A DNA stretch of 64,000 bases from Pelagomonas calceolata (lineage: Eukaryota), in assembly GCA_918797485.1 (NCBI GenBank), contig CAKKNE010000004.1, positions 4,030,001 to 4,094,000 of the forward strand. Direction: 5' to 3'. A program made the translations under genes and the position numbers. The notes beneath the pieces are model-generated. The model had not been told where the DNA came from, made no database searches, and was given only the letters and a program-made list of their open reading frames with translations. Shown here piece by piece: positions 10,514-21,806 of this stretch. Each line of letters starts with the position of its first letter. Position 1 is the first letter of the stretch.

Positions 10514-12694
10514 TTACTTCTTCTTGCTCGCCCAAAAATCCTTCGCGTTCTTGTACTTCGACTGCTCGGGCGTGACCGTCTTCTTCGGCGGCCCGCCGAA
10601 CGCCTTCTTGGGCGCGGCGGGCGCCTTGGGTTTCGACGGCGCGAACTGGATGCCCGCCGGCTTCGACGCGGGCGCCGGCGTCGGCTTCGCGGCCGGTTTG
10701 GCGCCGCCGCCGAAGGAGAACGGGGACGACTTCGCCGGGGCCGGCGCGGGCGTCGGCTTCGCCGCGGGCTTGCCGCCGCCGAACGAGAACGCCGGCTTTT
10801 TGGCCGGCGCGGGCGCGGGCGTCGGTTTTGCGGCCGGCTTGCTGCCGCCGAACGAGAACGGAGATGCCGGCTTGGGCGCCGGCGCCGGCGTGGGTTTCGC
10901 GGCCGGTTTGCTGCCGCCAAAGGAGAACGGAGACGCCGGCTTGGGCGCCGGCGCCGGCGTAGGCTTCGCGGCCGGCTTCGAGCCACCAAAGGAGAAGGGC
11001 GACGCCTTCGCCGGCGCCGGCGCGGGCGCCTTCGCGGCCGGCGCGCCGCCGCCGCCGCCGCCGGGGAAGAGGTTGAACGCGCCACCCGACGAGGCCTTCT
11101 TCGCCGCGGGTTTCGGGGGCGCGGGCCGCGGCGTCGGCTTGGGCGCGGGCCGCGGCGCCGGCGCCTTCCGCTGGCTGCCGATGACGCTCGACACGGACAC
11201 GGTCGGCGCCGGCGCCGGCTTCGGCTTGGGCGCGGGCGGCTTCGGCGCGGCCTTGGGCGCGGCGGCCTTGGGCGGCGCGGCCGGCGCCTTCGGGGCCGGC
11301 GCGCCGCCGCCGGGAAAGAGGTTGAACGCGCCCGGCGCCTTCGCCTTGGGCGCGGGCGGCGCGTCCGCCTTCGGCGCGACCTTGGGCGCCGGCGGCGCGC
11401 CGCCTCCGGCAAAGGGGTTCGAGAAGGCCGGCGCGGCGGGCTTCGGCGGGGCCGCCTTCGGCGCGGGCGGGTTCGGCGCGGCCTTGGGCTTCGGCGCCGC
11501 CGGCGCGCCGAGGCCGGCGAACGGGTTCGCCGGTGCCGGCTTGGGCGGCGCCTTCGGCGCAGCCGGCGCCGCGGGCTTTGCCTTGGGCGGGCTGATGCCG
11601 GCGAACGGATTCGCGGGCGCGGCCGGGGCCTTCTTCACAGGCGGCGGCTTCGGCGCCGCGGCCTTGGGCGGCGCGGCCGGGGCCTTAGGAGCGGGCGGCG
11701 GCGTCGGCAAGGCGTCCTTGAGCGGCGCGATGACCGCGTCGAGCTCCGCCTTGGCGCTGTTCAGGGCCTTTTGGGGCGCGGCCTTGGCCTCGGCGATGGC
11801 GTCGTCCGCGGCCTTTTTGGCCGCGCGCTGCGCCTCGTCGGCGGCCTTCTGCGCGGCGTCGGCGGCGGCGTCGGCGGCCTTGCTCGGGAGGAGCTTGGCC
11901 TCCTCCAGGGCCTCTTCCGCAGCCTTTTGCGCCGCGTCGGCGAGGCGACCGGGCGTCGCCTTCGCCTCCTCGACCGCGTCGAGCGCGGCCTGCTGCGCCG
12001 CGTCGGCGGCCTTGCCCGGTAGGAGCTTGGCCTCCTCGACGGCGTTGAGAGCCGCCTGCTGAGCGGCATCAGCAGCTTTCCCAGGCGCGGCCTTGATCTC
12101 CTCGACGGCGTCTTCGGCTGCTCTTTGTGCCGCGTCGGCGGCGCGCCCGGGGATGGCCTTGATCTCGTCGGCGGCCGCCTGGGCGGTGGCTTCCGCGGCG
12201 GCGCCGGCCGCGTCGAACGCGGCGGTGCCCGCCGCGCCCGCGGTGTTTCTCACCGTCGATGCTAGTTCATCATCACGACTCGCGACGGCGTAACCGCCTA
12301 TTCCTAACAATCCCGCGGACGCCAAAGCGATGCCGTCCGCTAAGGTTTCAGCTTCGATTATACCTCCCGCTACTAAACCTAACGCACCGAGCACGGAGCC
12401 GGCGCCGATGGCCTGCTTCTGGCGCTCGGCCTTCTCCTTGGCGTCGCGAATCGCCTTCTCCTTGGCCAGCGCCGCGGCGGCCGCCGCCTCCTCGGCCTTG
12501 ACGGCGCCCTCGAGCTCCTCGCGGCTCAGCGCGCCCTTGCTGAAAGCGCTAATAGCGTCGGCGAGTGACCGCTTCGGGCCGCCGCCGTCCTCCTCCGCGC
12601 GCAGCAGCGTGCTCGCTGGCCGTCGCGCCGGCGACACAGAGATGAACGCGCGGGTCGCTGAGAGGAGGCCAACCAAAAGTAGCACGGGCCTCAT
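10514..12694 (-). CDS. Plastid-targeted membrane-anchored repeat protein (TM hairpin, 22-aa helical repeats, PAK-rich FSFGG tail)
   Basis: MRPVLLLVGLLSATRA-FIS presequence; two hydrophobic helices; AADAAQQAALDAVEEAKxxPGK repeats; SPFSFGGSKPAAKPTPAPAP repeats. Confidence 0.8.
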   Translation of the reverse strand: MRPVLLLVGLLSATRAFISVSPARRPASTLLRAEEDGGGPKRSLADAISAFSKGALSREELEGAVKAEEAAAAAALAKEKAIRDAKEKAERQKQAIGAGSVLGALGLVAGGIIEAETLADGIALASAGLLGIGGYAVASRDDELASTVRNTAGAAGTAAFDAAGAAAEATAQAAADEIKAIPGRAADAAQRAAEDAVEEIKAAPGKAADAAQQAALNAVEEAKLLPGKAADAAQQAALDAVEEAKATPGRLADAAQKAAEEALEEAKLLPSKAADAAADAAQKAADEAQRAAKKAADDAIAEAKAAPQKALNSAKAELDAVIAPLKDALPTPPPAPKAPAAPPKAAAPKPPPVKKAPAAPANPFAGISPPKAKPAAPAAPKAPPKPAPANPFAGLGAPAAPKPKAAPNPPAPKAAPPKPAAPAFSNPFAGGGAPPAPKVAPKADAPPAPKAKAPGAFNLFPGGGAPAPKAPAAPPKAAAPKAAPKPPAPKPKPAPAPTVSVSSVIGSQRKAPAPRPAPKPTPRPAPPKPAAKKASSGGAFNLFPGGGGGGAPAAKAPAPAPAKASPFSFGGSKPAAKPTPAPAPKPASPFSFGGSKPAAKPTPAPAPKPASPFSFGGSKPAAKPTPAPAPAKKPAFSFGGGKPAAKPTPAPAPAKSSPFSFGGGAKPAAKPTPAPASKPAGIQFAPSKPKAPAAPKKAFGGPPKKTVTPEQSKYKNAKDFWASKKK
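10660..11005 (-). repeat. Coding tandem repeat, about 5 copies of a ~69-bp unit
   Basis: Unit encodes SPFSFGGSKPAAKPTPAPAPKPA (23 aa). Confidence 0.85.
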
Positions 12695-13034
12695 GATGGT
12701 CGCTGAATTTCTACGTCCGCTGGCGTGCAAGTCACAGGCAAGCCCACAGCAGCCTGGCGAGCTCGGCTGCGGCCCTTCGTGCCGAGCTGTGTCCCAAATT
12801 GATGCGATAGAGCTGGCTTAACCTAGATTTGCTCTCGGGTTTTCAAAGGTCCGCCGATCGTTAGGTAGACAGGAAAAGCAACAGTGCGAGGCTTCCTGGG
12901 AACTGGCAAAGTCGACTGGGCAAATGGCCACGGCGTTCTAGGATAACGCGAGCGCGCGGTCGCGGGCTCGGCCACAAACCCACTCTCAGGCTCCCTCGAC
13001 GCCGCCGCCGCATCACCACATGCCACATGAGCTA

Positions 13035-13865
13035 TTATGTCTTACCCGCCACGCTCTTGTCCGTCACCGACGCGAGGTCGACGCCTCTTGTCTCGGTGGC
13101 GGTAAATGTGTCCGCGGACACCTCCCCTTCAGGAGCAGGCGGCGCCGGCGGCGCTGCGCAGGGCACGACGACCAACTGGTAGCCCGCGATGGGGTGCTCG
13201 AGCGACGGGTGCGGCTCGACCACGTCGGCCACGTCCGCCACTTTGAGCTCCGCGAGGCTCCCCTCCAACTGTTTTACGCCCTCGACGTATTGGACATCGG
13301 CGGCGCCCGATCCCTTGAAGGCGCAGAACGCGAAGTGCTCGGGCATGTTTTCTCTTTTTGAGTACATCGCCTTGCACGTCCTTTGTAATTGCTCCAACGA
13401 AAAGTCCGCATCACATAATAAGCGCCCGATGCGCGTCGTGCCTTGGGGTTCGATATATCTCAAATCGGGCGGTGGTGACGGAGCCGGCGCCGGCGCGCAG
13501 GCGTCCTCCTCTGTAGGTGGGGGCGGCGGCGCCTCCATCTCTTGGGAACCAAATTGCGCAACTAGAGGATCCTGCCACCCAGATCCACCCTTCACCAAAA
13601 TGTCGACCATGAGCTTCGACTTGCGCGCCTCGATCTCCTCCTCACTTATCTCTTCAGGTGCGAAGATGTACTGCACGGGGTTCGGCAGCCGGTGCGCCGA
13701 ACACAGTTCCGGCGACGGGCTGCGCTTCTTCTTCTTGAGGGGGTCCAGGCGGCGCCTGCCCCCCTTCCTACCGTAGACTTGTTTCTTGCTGGGCCTGGCG
13801 GCCATCGGATTAGAATACTGCGTGGACATGGCCGTTAATCTACTCTTGCTGTTGAGGGCCGACAT
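13035..13865 (-). CDS. Hypothetical protein with basic NLS-like N-terminus
   Basis: 276 aa ATG-initiated ORF. Confidence 0.6.
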   Translation of the reverse strand: MSALNSKSRLTAMSTQYSNPMAARPSKKQVYGRKGGRRRLDPLKKKKRSPSPELCSAHRLPNPVQYIFAPEEISEEEIEARKSKLMVDILVKGGSGWQDPLVAQFGSQEMEAPPPPPTEEDACAPAPAPSPPPDLRYIEPQGTTRIGRLLCDADFSLEQLQRTCKAMYSKRENMPEHFAFCAFKGSGAADVQYVEGVKQLEGSLAELKVADVADVVEPHPSLEHPIAGYQLVVVPCAAPPAPPAPEGEVSADTFTATETRGVDLASVTDKSVAGKT

Positions 13866-14260
13866 GGCGGCGTGGTGGGCTGCCTTCCGATGCTAGAGCG
13901 CGTCTCGTCGGCTTGCGTCGCGGGCGCGCGGCGCTGCCTCGATTAGCGCTCTCCCGCGTTGTTGCCAGCCCGCGGGGCGGTGGGCTTTTTGGATCCTTCC
14001 GAGAAGGAGCTCTCGGGGGACACGTGGCGCGCGTCGCAAACTGCGGGTTTTACGGGCTAACATACTAGAAACCACAGCGGCCGCCCGACGCCTAAAGACG
14101 CGCCGCCCCCGCCCGTAGCGGTACATTGTTGCCACAGCGCTCGTCCTGCGTGCCCCGATAACGTATCCGGAGGACGTCCAGGCTGCCCTTTGTCTTCCGT
14201 GGAAGGGCTGCCCATTTATCTCCAGCGTGAAAGGGCTGCCCCGCGCGCGGACGCCGCGCG

Positions 14261-14614
14261 ATGGAGGACGACCAGTTCCCCCAGGAGGACATTGAAACCA
14301 TCGCCAAGAATGCCATCGTGGGCACCTTGGGCGACTGCGCCTACAACGCGAAAAAAGTCGGGGATTGGACGAATAGCATGACGGACACGATCCTGAAAGA
14401 GCTGCAGGGGCTCAACAGGCCGTTCAAGTACGTCGTGACCACGATCATCATGCAAAAAAACGGCGCGGGAATGGACACGGGCGCGGCCATGCACTGGGAC
14501 GCGGCCAAGGACGGCCTCGTCTGCATCCCCTGGGAGAACGGCGAGATGCACGTCGTCCTGACGATCTACGGCGTCTCGCTGAACGTCGACAACGTGGGGG
14601 ACGAGGAGGACTAG
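14261..14614 (+). CDS. DYNLT1: Dynein light chain, Tctex-1 type
   Basis: RPFKYVVTTIIMQKNGAG...WD...DG...WEN motifs. Confidence 0.92.
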   Translation: MEDDQFPQEDIETIAKNAIVGTLGDCAYNAKKVGDWTNSMTDTILKELQGLNRPFKYVVTTIIMQKNGAGMDTGAAMHWDAAKDGLVCIPWENGEMHVVLTIYGVSLNVDNVGDEED

Positions 14615-14955
14615 GGGTGTGTGCCTAAAGTGGAAAGCTAGCTCGTCTCCGTCCGCGGGTTTCTCGCCCCGCCAGGCGCGCGACCGGCGCCCGGGCCCAA
14701 GGGCCCGCGCTGAGCGCGTCCCGGCCTCCCTTACACCACCGTAGAGCTCCGCGCGCGGCCCGCACGCCAAAGATACATTTTTGTTCGATGGCCTGCCCTC
14801 GACGCGGAGACGCCGATTTCCCGGGCGCGTAGGCAAGCATCGCCGGACAAGATACCGCCGGAGCAGCGAAGCAGCACCGCGCACCGCTCACCGCCTTCGC
14901 AGCAGCGGACACAGTAGTAGGCAGCCCCTCTGGCAGCCAAAACAAACAAGTAAGG

Positions 14956-15546
14956 ATGGCGGCCTACGGCGCCACGGCGGACGAGACGAACCCCTTCTCC
15001 AAGGCCGAGATGGGCGAAGCGCAGGACCTGAAGCCCGTGCTCGCGCCGGTCTTCGTGCAGCCCCTACGGAGCCGGGCGAAACGGCGGCGGCGGTCCGGCG
15101 GCCTGCTGCTGGCCGCCGTGCTGGCCGTCGTCGTCACCGCCTCGAAACTAGCCCAACAACATCCACACGCCGCGCTCGCGCGCGTCGCCAAGGCGGTCGC
15201 GCCCGCAAACGAGGCCCGGGCGTCGAACCGAGGGAGGAGCCCCGTGCGCCCGGAGGCCGCGGACACCGAGGCGCCGGCGAGCGCGGAGCGCGCGGCGAAT
15301 AGAGGGAGGAGCCCCGTGCGGCCGGAAGCTGCGGAGGAGGACCAGGCGCGCCGGAACCTGCGGATTTTTCTCAATGAAAGAATGGGCGGCGCCAAAACTC
15401 AAAGAGACGGCGTCGCGCCGCACCATAAACATGGAGAGCACAAGATCGGGTTCGGACTGATGGCGCACTCCCGCAGCCGGCGCCGCGCCATGCAGCACCT
15501 CAAGCACCTCAAGTCCGCGCACCACTCCTCGAGCTACAGCGCGTAA
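14956..15546 (+). CDS. Hypothetical single-TM protein
   Basis: TM segment LLLAAVLAVVVTA; NRGRSPVRPEAA occurs twice; His-rich tail. Confidence 0.6.
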   Translation: MAAYGATADETNPFSKAEMGEAQDLKPVLAPVFVQPLRSRAKRRRRSGGLLLAAVLAVVVTASKLAQQHPHAALARVAKAVAPANEARASNRGRSPVRPEAADTEAPASAERAANRGRSPVRPEAAEEDQARRNLRIFLNERMGGAKTQRDGVAPHHKHGEHKIGFGLMAHSRSRRRAMQHLKHLKSAHHSSSYSA

Positions 15547-15723
15547 TTTTGTTTTTGTATTTAAAACGCGGCCCCCCGGTCGTCGCGGCCTTGGGATTCC
15601 AGCGTCCGGCCTGCTCCCCCCTCGCCGTCGTCGCCTCCGAGATGACACTCGGGGCGACGGCGTATGAGGGCCGGGGGGCTGGGCGGGCGTCGGCTCCGCG
15701 ACTAGAAAGCAAAGCAACAAACA

Positions 15724-18700
15724 TTAGTCGTCCTGGGACACGCTCGCGCAGTCGGCGAGCTGCGCCAATAGAGCCGCGACGAGGTCCTGGGACCGGAGAT
15801 AATAGGTCGCCTGGCTCAGCTTGATCCCCACGATGCACGAGAAGGTCAACAGAGGCAGATCCAGGCCCGGGTGCGTGTCGTCGGCCGCCGCGGCCGCGGC
15901 CGCCGCCAGATCAGACAAATCGGGCGCCTGCTCCGGGTTCTGCGACGGCGACGGCGGCGGCCCGGCCATGGCCGCGGCGGCGGCGGCGGCCGCCGCCTCG
16001 GCGTCGATGGCGAGCGCGGCCTTTTTGGGCGTCGGCGGTACTGCCGCTCTTTTCGCCGACGCTATTCTCGCGGCCCGATCGAATTCTCTACGTTGTTGAG
16101 CTGTGGCCGCACCTCTAGAAGCGACAGAGACATACACGGGAGCCGGCCTTTGTAAAGTGGGCGCAGCTCCGGGCTTCGACAGGCGCGAGGTCGGCACGAC
16201 CTCGCGCGCTTCCTTCAGCCTAGGGTCCTGACTACTCAACTTGTCCTGGACGGACTCCCACTTCTCCTCGTCCTCCAATCTAGGTGATTGAGATCGTTCC
16301 TTCGTCCTAGGAGTCTGTGCCTTCTGCCCCGTCCAGGGCTGAATTTTCTCGAGCCTCGCGGGAGAAGGCGGCGCCTCCTGTCTCACGCTCCTTGCCGCTT
16401 CCTCCAGCGAGTCGGCGCGCGGCGCGGGGAACCGCAAGGCCCGCGACAGCGCCAGGGCGTTCGCGTGCAAGGCCCTCGTGAGCACGGCGCCCATCGACGG
16501 CTTTTCTGATGGAGAGGTAGGAGCGTCGTCGACGGACCTCTGTCGTACTAGAGGTTGGCCCGACGTCGCCTCGGCCAGCGACGGCAGGACGTCGGGCGAG
16601 TCGACGCCGTGGAGGTCCTCGAACTCAGCCAAGAACGTCGACCGCTCCGCGCGCGGCGCGCCGGGTCGCGGCGTTCTGCCACCCACAAGCGCCCAGCACG
16701 CCGAGGCAGATGTCGGTAGATCCACCCTAGACCAGTCTCGGCCATACCGTCGTCTCATGGCCTGGAATAACATCGCGGACGGCGGGAAATCCCTCCGAGG
16801 ATTAAATTCTCTCCTCGCTACGAGATCGGCTCGTCTCGCAGGGTCGGAAGTGCCTCTGTCACCCCCAGCCAATACAGCCTTGAACTGCTCCAACACAGGA
16901 GCCTCATCCGACAAGCGTAGAGGTGTAAGTGGTTTGGCCATCCGCCCCGGAGAACTTGGTGGAGTCTTGTGGAACTTGACCGGCGTGCTAGGATCCTCGT
17001 CCTCGATGTCCCTCCCTTCGTTCAAGCGCGCGACGCGACTACAGAACTCGTCCAGGTCAAAAGGTGGCGGCGCCATCGACTCGAAAATTTCCTCATCTAC
17101 TAAACCGTTGCCCGAGGCCACAAATAGGACATAGTCCACGTGTCTGTCTATTGTCTGACTGTCGTCATCCACACGATCAAAAGATTTTCGTCTAGGTAGC
17201 TCTTGCGGTGGCGTCGACGGCGGGTCCTCCAGGGCTAGGTCTTGGTCTTGGAACTTCTTGAGCGTGAGTTCGAGGACGTTCGGGACGGATAATCGCATGG
17301 GTCTGACTTCTATAAATTTATCTCCGGAGAAAACCGACAACGGGACGTGCTTTGCCAATTCACCTAGCGCTACCTGTAGTTGTCTGGCTTGCCAGGCGCC
17401 GTGGTTCAGGTCGCAGTCGCGATAGTGCCAAGCTAAGCCTGACACTTTTCTCTCTACGACGCTACCGGGTGTCCGCTCCGTATAATACGCGATGAGAGGT
17501 TCGGCGTCGTCGAGCCAAGATAAGTCCAGGTCAAAGTCCGACACCTGCATCTCGAACGGTTCGTTCGGACCCCATCGTATACTCAAACCTTCCTCGGCGG
17601 CTAATACTAATGAATCGCAATTTATACCTTCAAAGATCTTCGACAGCGTCTCCGCGGACCTCGCACTAAGGATAACTACAGCTCTATTTTGCGGGTCGTT
17701 ACATAACGCTTCCAAATAGTTTAAAATCTTGACGGGAACGTCTATGAGTTCAGCCAAGGCCGTAGGTTTGGCTAAGACGCCCTCCAGCTCCAAGACGATG
17801 ACGCGTCGCTTCGTTTTTGTGTAAGGAGCGGTCAATTGCGGCACGGTCAACTCCCTACAAAGTGTTCGAGACGCTTTGGTCTCGGCGGCCTCCTGCAATT
17901 GGTCCAGAAACCTACGAGCCCAGGACCGCGCCGTGAAATTATAAACGTACTGTAGCATATGTTCGTGAGCTCTTTTTCTCTCCACACCTCGGGCGCGTAT
18001 GGATCGTGACCGTAATGCACCTCCTTGCGCCAGGTTGGGCTTCTTCAACAGACTCCCAGCATCCGACGACGCCACCGTCGAGAGCTGCCGCCCGTCCTCA
18101 CTATCGTCGGCCTCATCCGCTGACGAGTCCTCGGCCTCGCTATCGTCGTCGGAATCGTCCTCGTCGAGGTCGGAGTCGAATTCATCCGAATCGGACGCGT
18201 AGGCACTCCCCGTCGACGACGACGTGACCCGGTCCACCTTTCTTCGTCGCGTTCTAGCGTCGCGCGCGTTCGCCCGCCTAGCACGTCTAAACAATCTGTA
18301 CAACAACGTAGTGACCCTACGCGTGTCCCAGGGGTTCACGAGCACGGCACCACCCAACGAACGAGCACAGCCCGCAAATTCAGATAATAAAACGGCTCCC
18401 AACTTCTTGTGCGCCTGCGCGGAGCTCAAAATCAAAAAAGAAACCACCCCCGGCATCGTGTGTGAGATACGAGTCCCAGCAACAAAGTCAAAATACTACA
18501 ACACCTCAAAACGCCGCGAGCGCACTTCGCGCGCGACCAAGTACTCGAACGGGACGACGTTCATGCCGTCCCTGTGAGGAAATCAAACTTCAAGCGTCCT
18601 TCAATCTGGGCTCTCTCGTGGTCGGAGCGAGGTGTGGCTCGCTCCAGTCGGTCGACTGTATCAGAGGGACGTCGTGTCCGAGTTTGAGCCGAAAACATGG

Positions 18701-20162
18701 CCGCGGTGCCGAGATATCGTGACTCACTGGTTGGTTTCCACACTGATCTCGACCTGATCGGCGTGATGACGAGGACGTCCGCGAGAGCGAACAAGGCCGC
18801 GAGCGTCGCTTCCCCTGGTGGTGTTTTAGCATCAGCTCCAAAGTACTGAACAGGCCCTTCGAAATCGAGCGTCGCGTATTGACTGTTGATGCGCGAGACC
18901 ATGGCGTGGAGTTGTCTTTCTAGGGTGCTGAAGACGCCTTTTGATGTTTTTTGTTCTACTACGTCTAGTTCTAGTCGTCCCGTGGGTTTATTTTTTCTCT
19001 CGGAGGTCGTCCTCGTAATAAGCTTGCCTTCTAAGCGATCTTCCGGCTTCAAGTTTGCTGCCCCCCCAGCACCCAAGACGACTTGCACAAATACTAACTC
19101 GTCCGCTAGCTCGGGGTGTTGTGAGAATAGATCTTCAAATGCTAAAAACTTGTGCACCAAACCTTTGGTAGGGTCCAATGTATCGACGCCCAGGAACAGT
19201 GCTCGTCCCTGGAGCTGGCCTTCGAGCCTCCGAATAGCGGCTAGTGTCGGTGACGCTAAACTGCGAGCTTTGACTACCTCAGGCTCAATACCCACCGGAC
19301 AGACACAGACCCTCGTCAAGTGCCCTTCATGTTCCACGTGGTCCGGGGCCGTTTCTAGGCCTAGAACCATCTCACAGGACGACAGAAAATGCCGCGCGTA
19401 GTCGTAGGTCTGAAATCCTAATAAGTCAGCCGCGAGTAAACCTCGCAGTATTTCCTCGCGGAACGGTAACGTCCTATAGAGTTCAGAAGAGGGAAAGGGC
19501 ACGTGTAAGAAGAACCCCAGCTTGCTATCCGGTGATAGTTGTCTCAACATCCTCGGCAGCAACATAAAATGGTAGTCCTGGATCCAGATCAAATCGCCGT
19601 CTTGGGCCACGTCCCTAATAACATCCGCGAAGGCCTGGTTCGCGCCCACGTACGCGTTCCACATCGTGTCGTCATCATCTCTGTCTTCCTCCTCGTAGTT
19701 GACGGCTCTGGCGCGTGTCACGGTGTCCTCCGTTGTTGGTGGACTTGAGTGAAACAACGGCCATAGCACGCGCTTGCAGAAGCCGTCGTAGAACAACCGC
19801 TCTCTCTTCGCATCCAGAAAAACCGGAGCGTAGCGTTGTTCTCTTAACAATTGATCTCGTAGCGCTCGCTGCTCCGTCGGCGTTTGCATTTGCGTGACGG
19901 GACTGCCGACCCAGTACACATCTCGCCCCGACGCCGTGACTTGTCTGAAGTTCGAGAGGGCCTGGTCCATCGTGTCCGGCACGCGCTGGCCCCGTCGTCT
20001 GTCTCTAGGTAAACGTCTCGTGACCAGTACGACACGCGGGCCGTCCTCGGTGCCGACGGTGTGGACCTCGCGTCGCTGATCCCGGATGTCGTCGAGCTGG
20101 CCGTATAAAGCCGCGATGCGCTCCAGAATTTCTTCCTCGTTCTTGTCCTTGGGCGACGCCAT
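15724..20162 (-). CDS. Trehalose-6-phosphate synthase/phosphatase fusion (GT20 + HAD-like), 3 exons
   Basis: Exons 20162-18754, 18571-18526, 18414-15724; splicing restores ITPIR|DGMNVVPFEY and ARE|AHKKLGAVLLSEFAG; WIQDYH, FFLHVPFPS and YTERTPGS...WHYR motifs. Confidence 0.9.
18415..18525 (-). other. Conventional GT-AG intron (111 nt) in the TPS gene
   Basis: GTGCGC...TTTTTTGATTTTGAGCTCCGCGCAG; removal deletes an in-frame TAG and keeps frame. Confidence 0.8.
18572..18753 (-). mobile_element. Introner-type intron (182 nt), no 8-bp TSD
   Basis: GTCGAGAT-CAGTGTGGAAACCAA...TTTGATTTCCTCACAG; degenerate TIRs; removal restores the RDGMN motif. Confidence 0.85.
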
Positions 20163-20582
20163 TGCAGCGCTTTTGACTGCTGGCGGTATTCGTGTCTATG
20201 CGTCTGCGCGTGCGGCCGTGGCCGGCAGCCGTTGCGTCGACGCCTTCGCAGCGATGCCGGTGAATGCGTCGAGGACGCCTGCTGATCGCTTGCCGTCACC
20301 TCGCCGCGGGATACAAGATGAGCGGCAGGCTGTCTGAGCCCTGCCAGAGCGCAACTTGGGCCGCTCCCAAGCGGCCTGGCGGGCGTCTCCGCTGGACAGC
20401 GCTCGTCAAGAGCACTAACACGATACGAACGTCGACTCCAAGAGCGCTGGACGCTCTGGCGCGCGCCGTACGCGTCGGCAGCCTTGGCAGAGCACTCGAG
20501 CACTTTGTGGCAAACGCGACGCTGCCGGCGGACTCAGACCATCTCGGCTCCGTACGCCGTCGCAGCGATCCCCCTGTGACTC

Positions 20583-21806
20583 ATGCGCGCGCTGAGCCTC
20601 CTCCTCTGCACCGCAAGCAGCGCTTTACGGGACGGCTGGGTCGTCGGCGACGTGGTGCTGGGCCCGAGGAGAGCAGCGAGAACGCGGGCGCTGCGGGACG
20701 CGAGTTTACAGAGGACGCGCGAGCGGCTCGAGGCGCGCTGGAAGGCGCTGGACGACGAGGTCGATCATTTACGAGAGCACCGGCGGACGATCTTTAACGA
20801 TGAATTAAAGTTCAAGCGGCTGAAGCGCGAAAAACTACAAGTCAAGGACATGCTCGCGGCGCTCGCGCGGCGGGCGCCGCCTCCGTCCATAGTGCTCGGC
20901 GCGGGCGCGTGCGGCACCGTTTATAGCGCAATACACGAAAAGACGAAGGAGCCCGCGGCTTGTAAAATAGCGCGGACCGGGGAAGGGCGAAGATCCCTGA
21001 AGACGGAGTACGAGTTTCTGAGGAGGGCGCGAAAAACGTGCGGATTGACGGTCGTGGAGGCCCTCGCGCTGCTGGACAATATCCCATCACCCGAGGATGG
21101 TGGGGAGGGTTCCGCGCTGCTCATGGCGCGCCTCGGCCCGTCGATCGACGACCTCTTCTGGGCGACGACCTGCGGCGCCGGCTTCTCGGGGGAGACCGTA
21201 TTACATATAGCGCGGAGCATGCTCAGTGCGCTCGCGGGCCTCGCACGAGCTGATCTGGTCCACGGCGACTGCAAGCCGTCGAACTTCCTGGTCTCGGACA
21301 AGGATGAAATCATCCTGACGGACTTCGGGACGTGCCGCGAGCGTAATGCACCTGCGGACGACGCGGCCGTCGTCGGCACGCCGCGCTTCGCTTCATCAAA
21401 TGCGTTACGAGGCGAGGCGCCGTCATCAAGCGACGACCTGGAGGCCTGCGCCTACGCCCTCGCCTACCTACTCACAGGCCGGCTGCCCTTCGCGGCCGAC
21501 TACGACGACCGCACCACGCTCAAAGCCTCGTCCGACTCGGCGCTCGCGGACGCGAAGGACGCCGTCGCTCCCGACCTGTTGTGCGCGTCGTCTCGTAAAG
21601 GCGAGGCACCCTTCGACGCGGCGGCGAGTGTGTGTGCCGCGTTCCTGCGCGAGGCGCGGCTGGCGCGGACTCAGGGCCGCGACCCGGACTACCACGCGCT
21701 CGTACCATTTTCAAAGCCTTGCGAGCCGGACTGGCGCGCGGCGGGGGTGTCGTGGGACGACTCCGGGGCGATCCACCTGGCGGACTATGACTCGTGTACG
21801 ACGTAA
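20583..21806 (+). CDS. CK1-like protein kinase with signal peptide and DUF465/YdcH-like N-terminal domain
   Basis: LGAGACG, ACK, MARLGPS, HGDCKPSN, DFG, GTPRFAS, DDLEA; N-terminal LDDEV...KRLKREKLQVKD. Confidence 0.8.
   Translation: MRALSLLLCTASSALRDGWVVGDVVLGPRRAARTRALRDASLQRTRERLEARWKALDDEVDHLREHRRTIFNDELKFKRLKREKLQVKDMLAALARRAPPPSIVLGAGACGTVYSAIHEKTKEPAACKIARTGEGRRSLKTEYEFLRRARKTCGLTVVEALALLDNIPSPEDGGEGSALLMARLGPSIDDLFWATTCGAGFSGETVLHIARSMLSALAGLARADLVHGDCKPSNFLVSDKDEIILTDFGTCRERNAPADDAAVVGTPRFASSNALRGEAPSSSDDLEACAYALAYLLTGRLPFAADYDDRTTLKASSDSALADAKDAVAPDLLCASSRKGEAPFDAAASVCAAFLREARLARTQGRDPDYHALVPFSKPCEPDWRAAGVSWDDSGAIHLADYDSCTT

Noticed and set aside
10660..11005. Regularly spaced repeats as a possible CRISPR array
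   Set aside because: In-frame coding repeats with no unique spacers and no cas genes; eukaryotic context
10306..12062. Long alternative-frame and antisense ORFs (10524..12062 +, 10306..11412 -)
   Set aside because: Shadow frames of a GC-rich repetitive CDS; only the PAK-rich frame has a presequence
15624..15661. GC-rich hairpin between convergent genes
   Set aside because: ATGA sits in the loop, not the core; such hairpins are common at this GC content
18561..20162. TPS, MFS, M32, DUS and polymerase as split genes or frameshifted pseudogenes
   Set aside because: Introns restore frame and conserved motifs in each case
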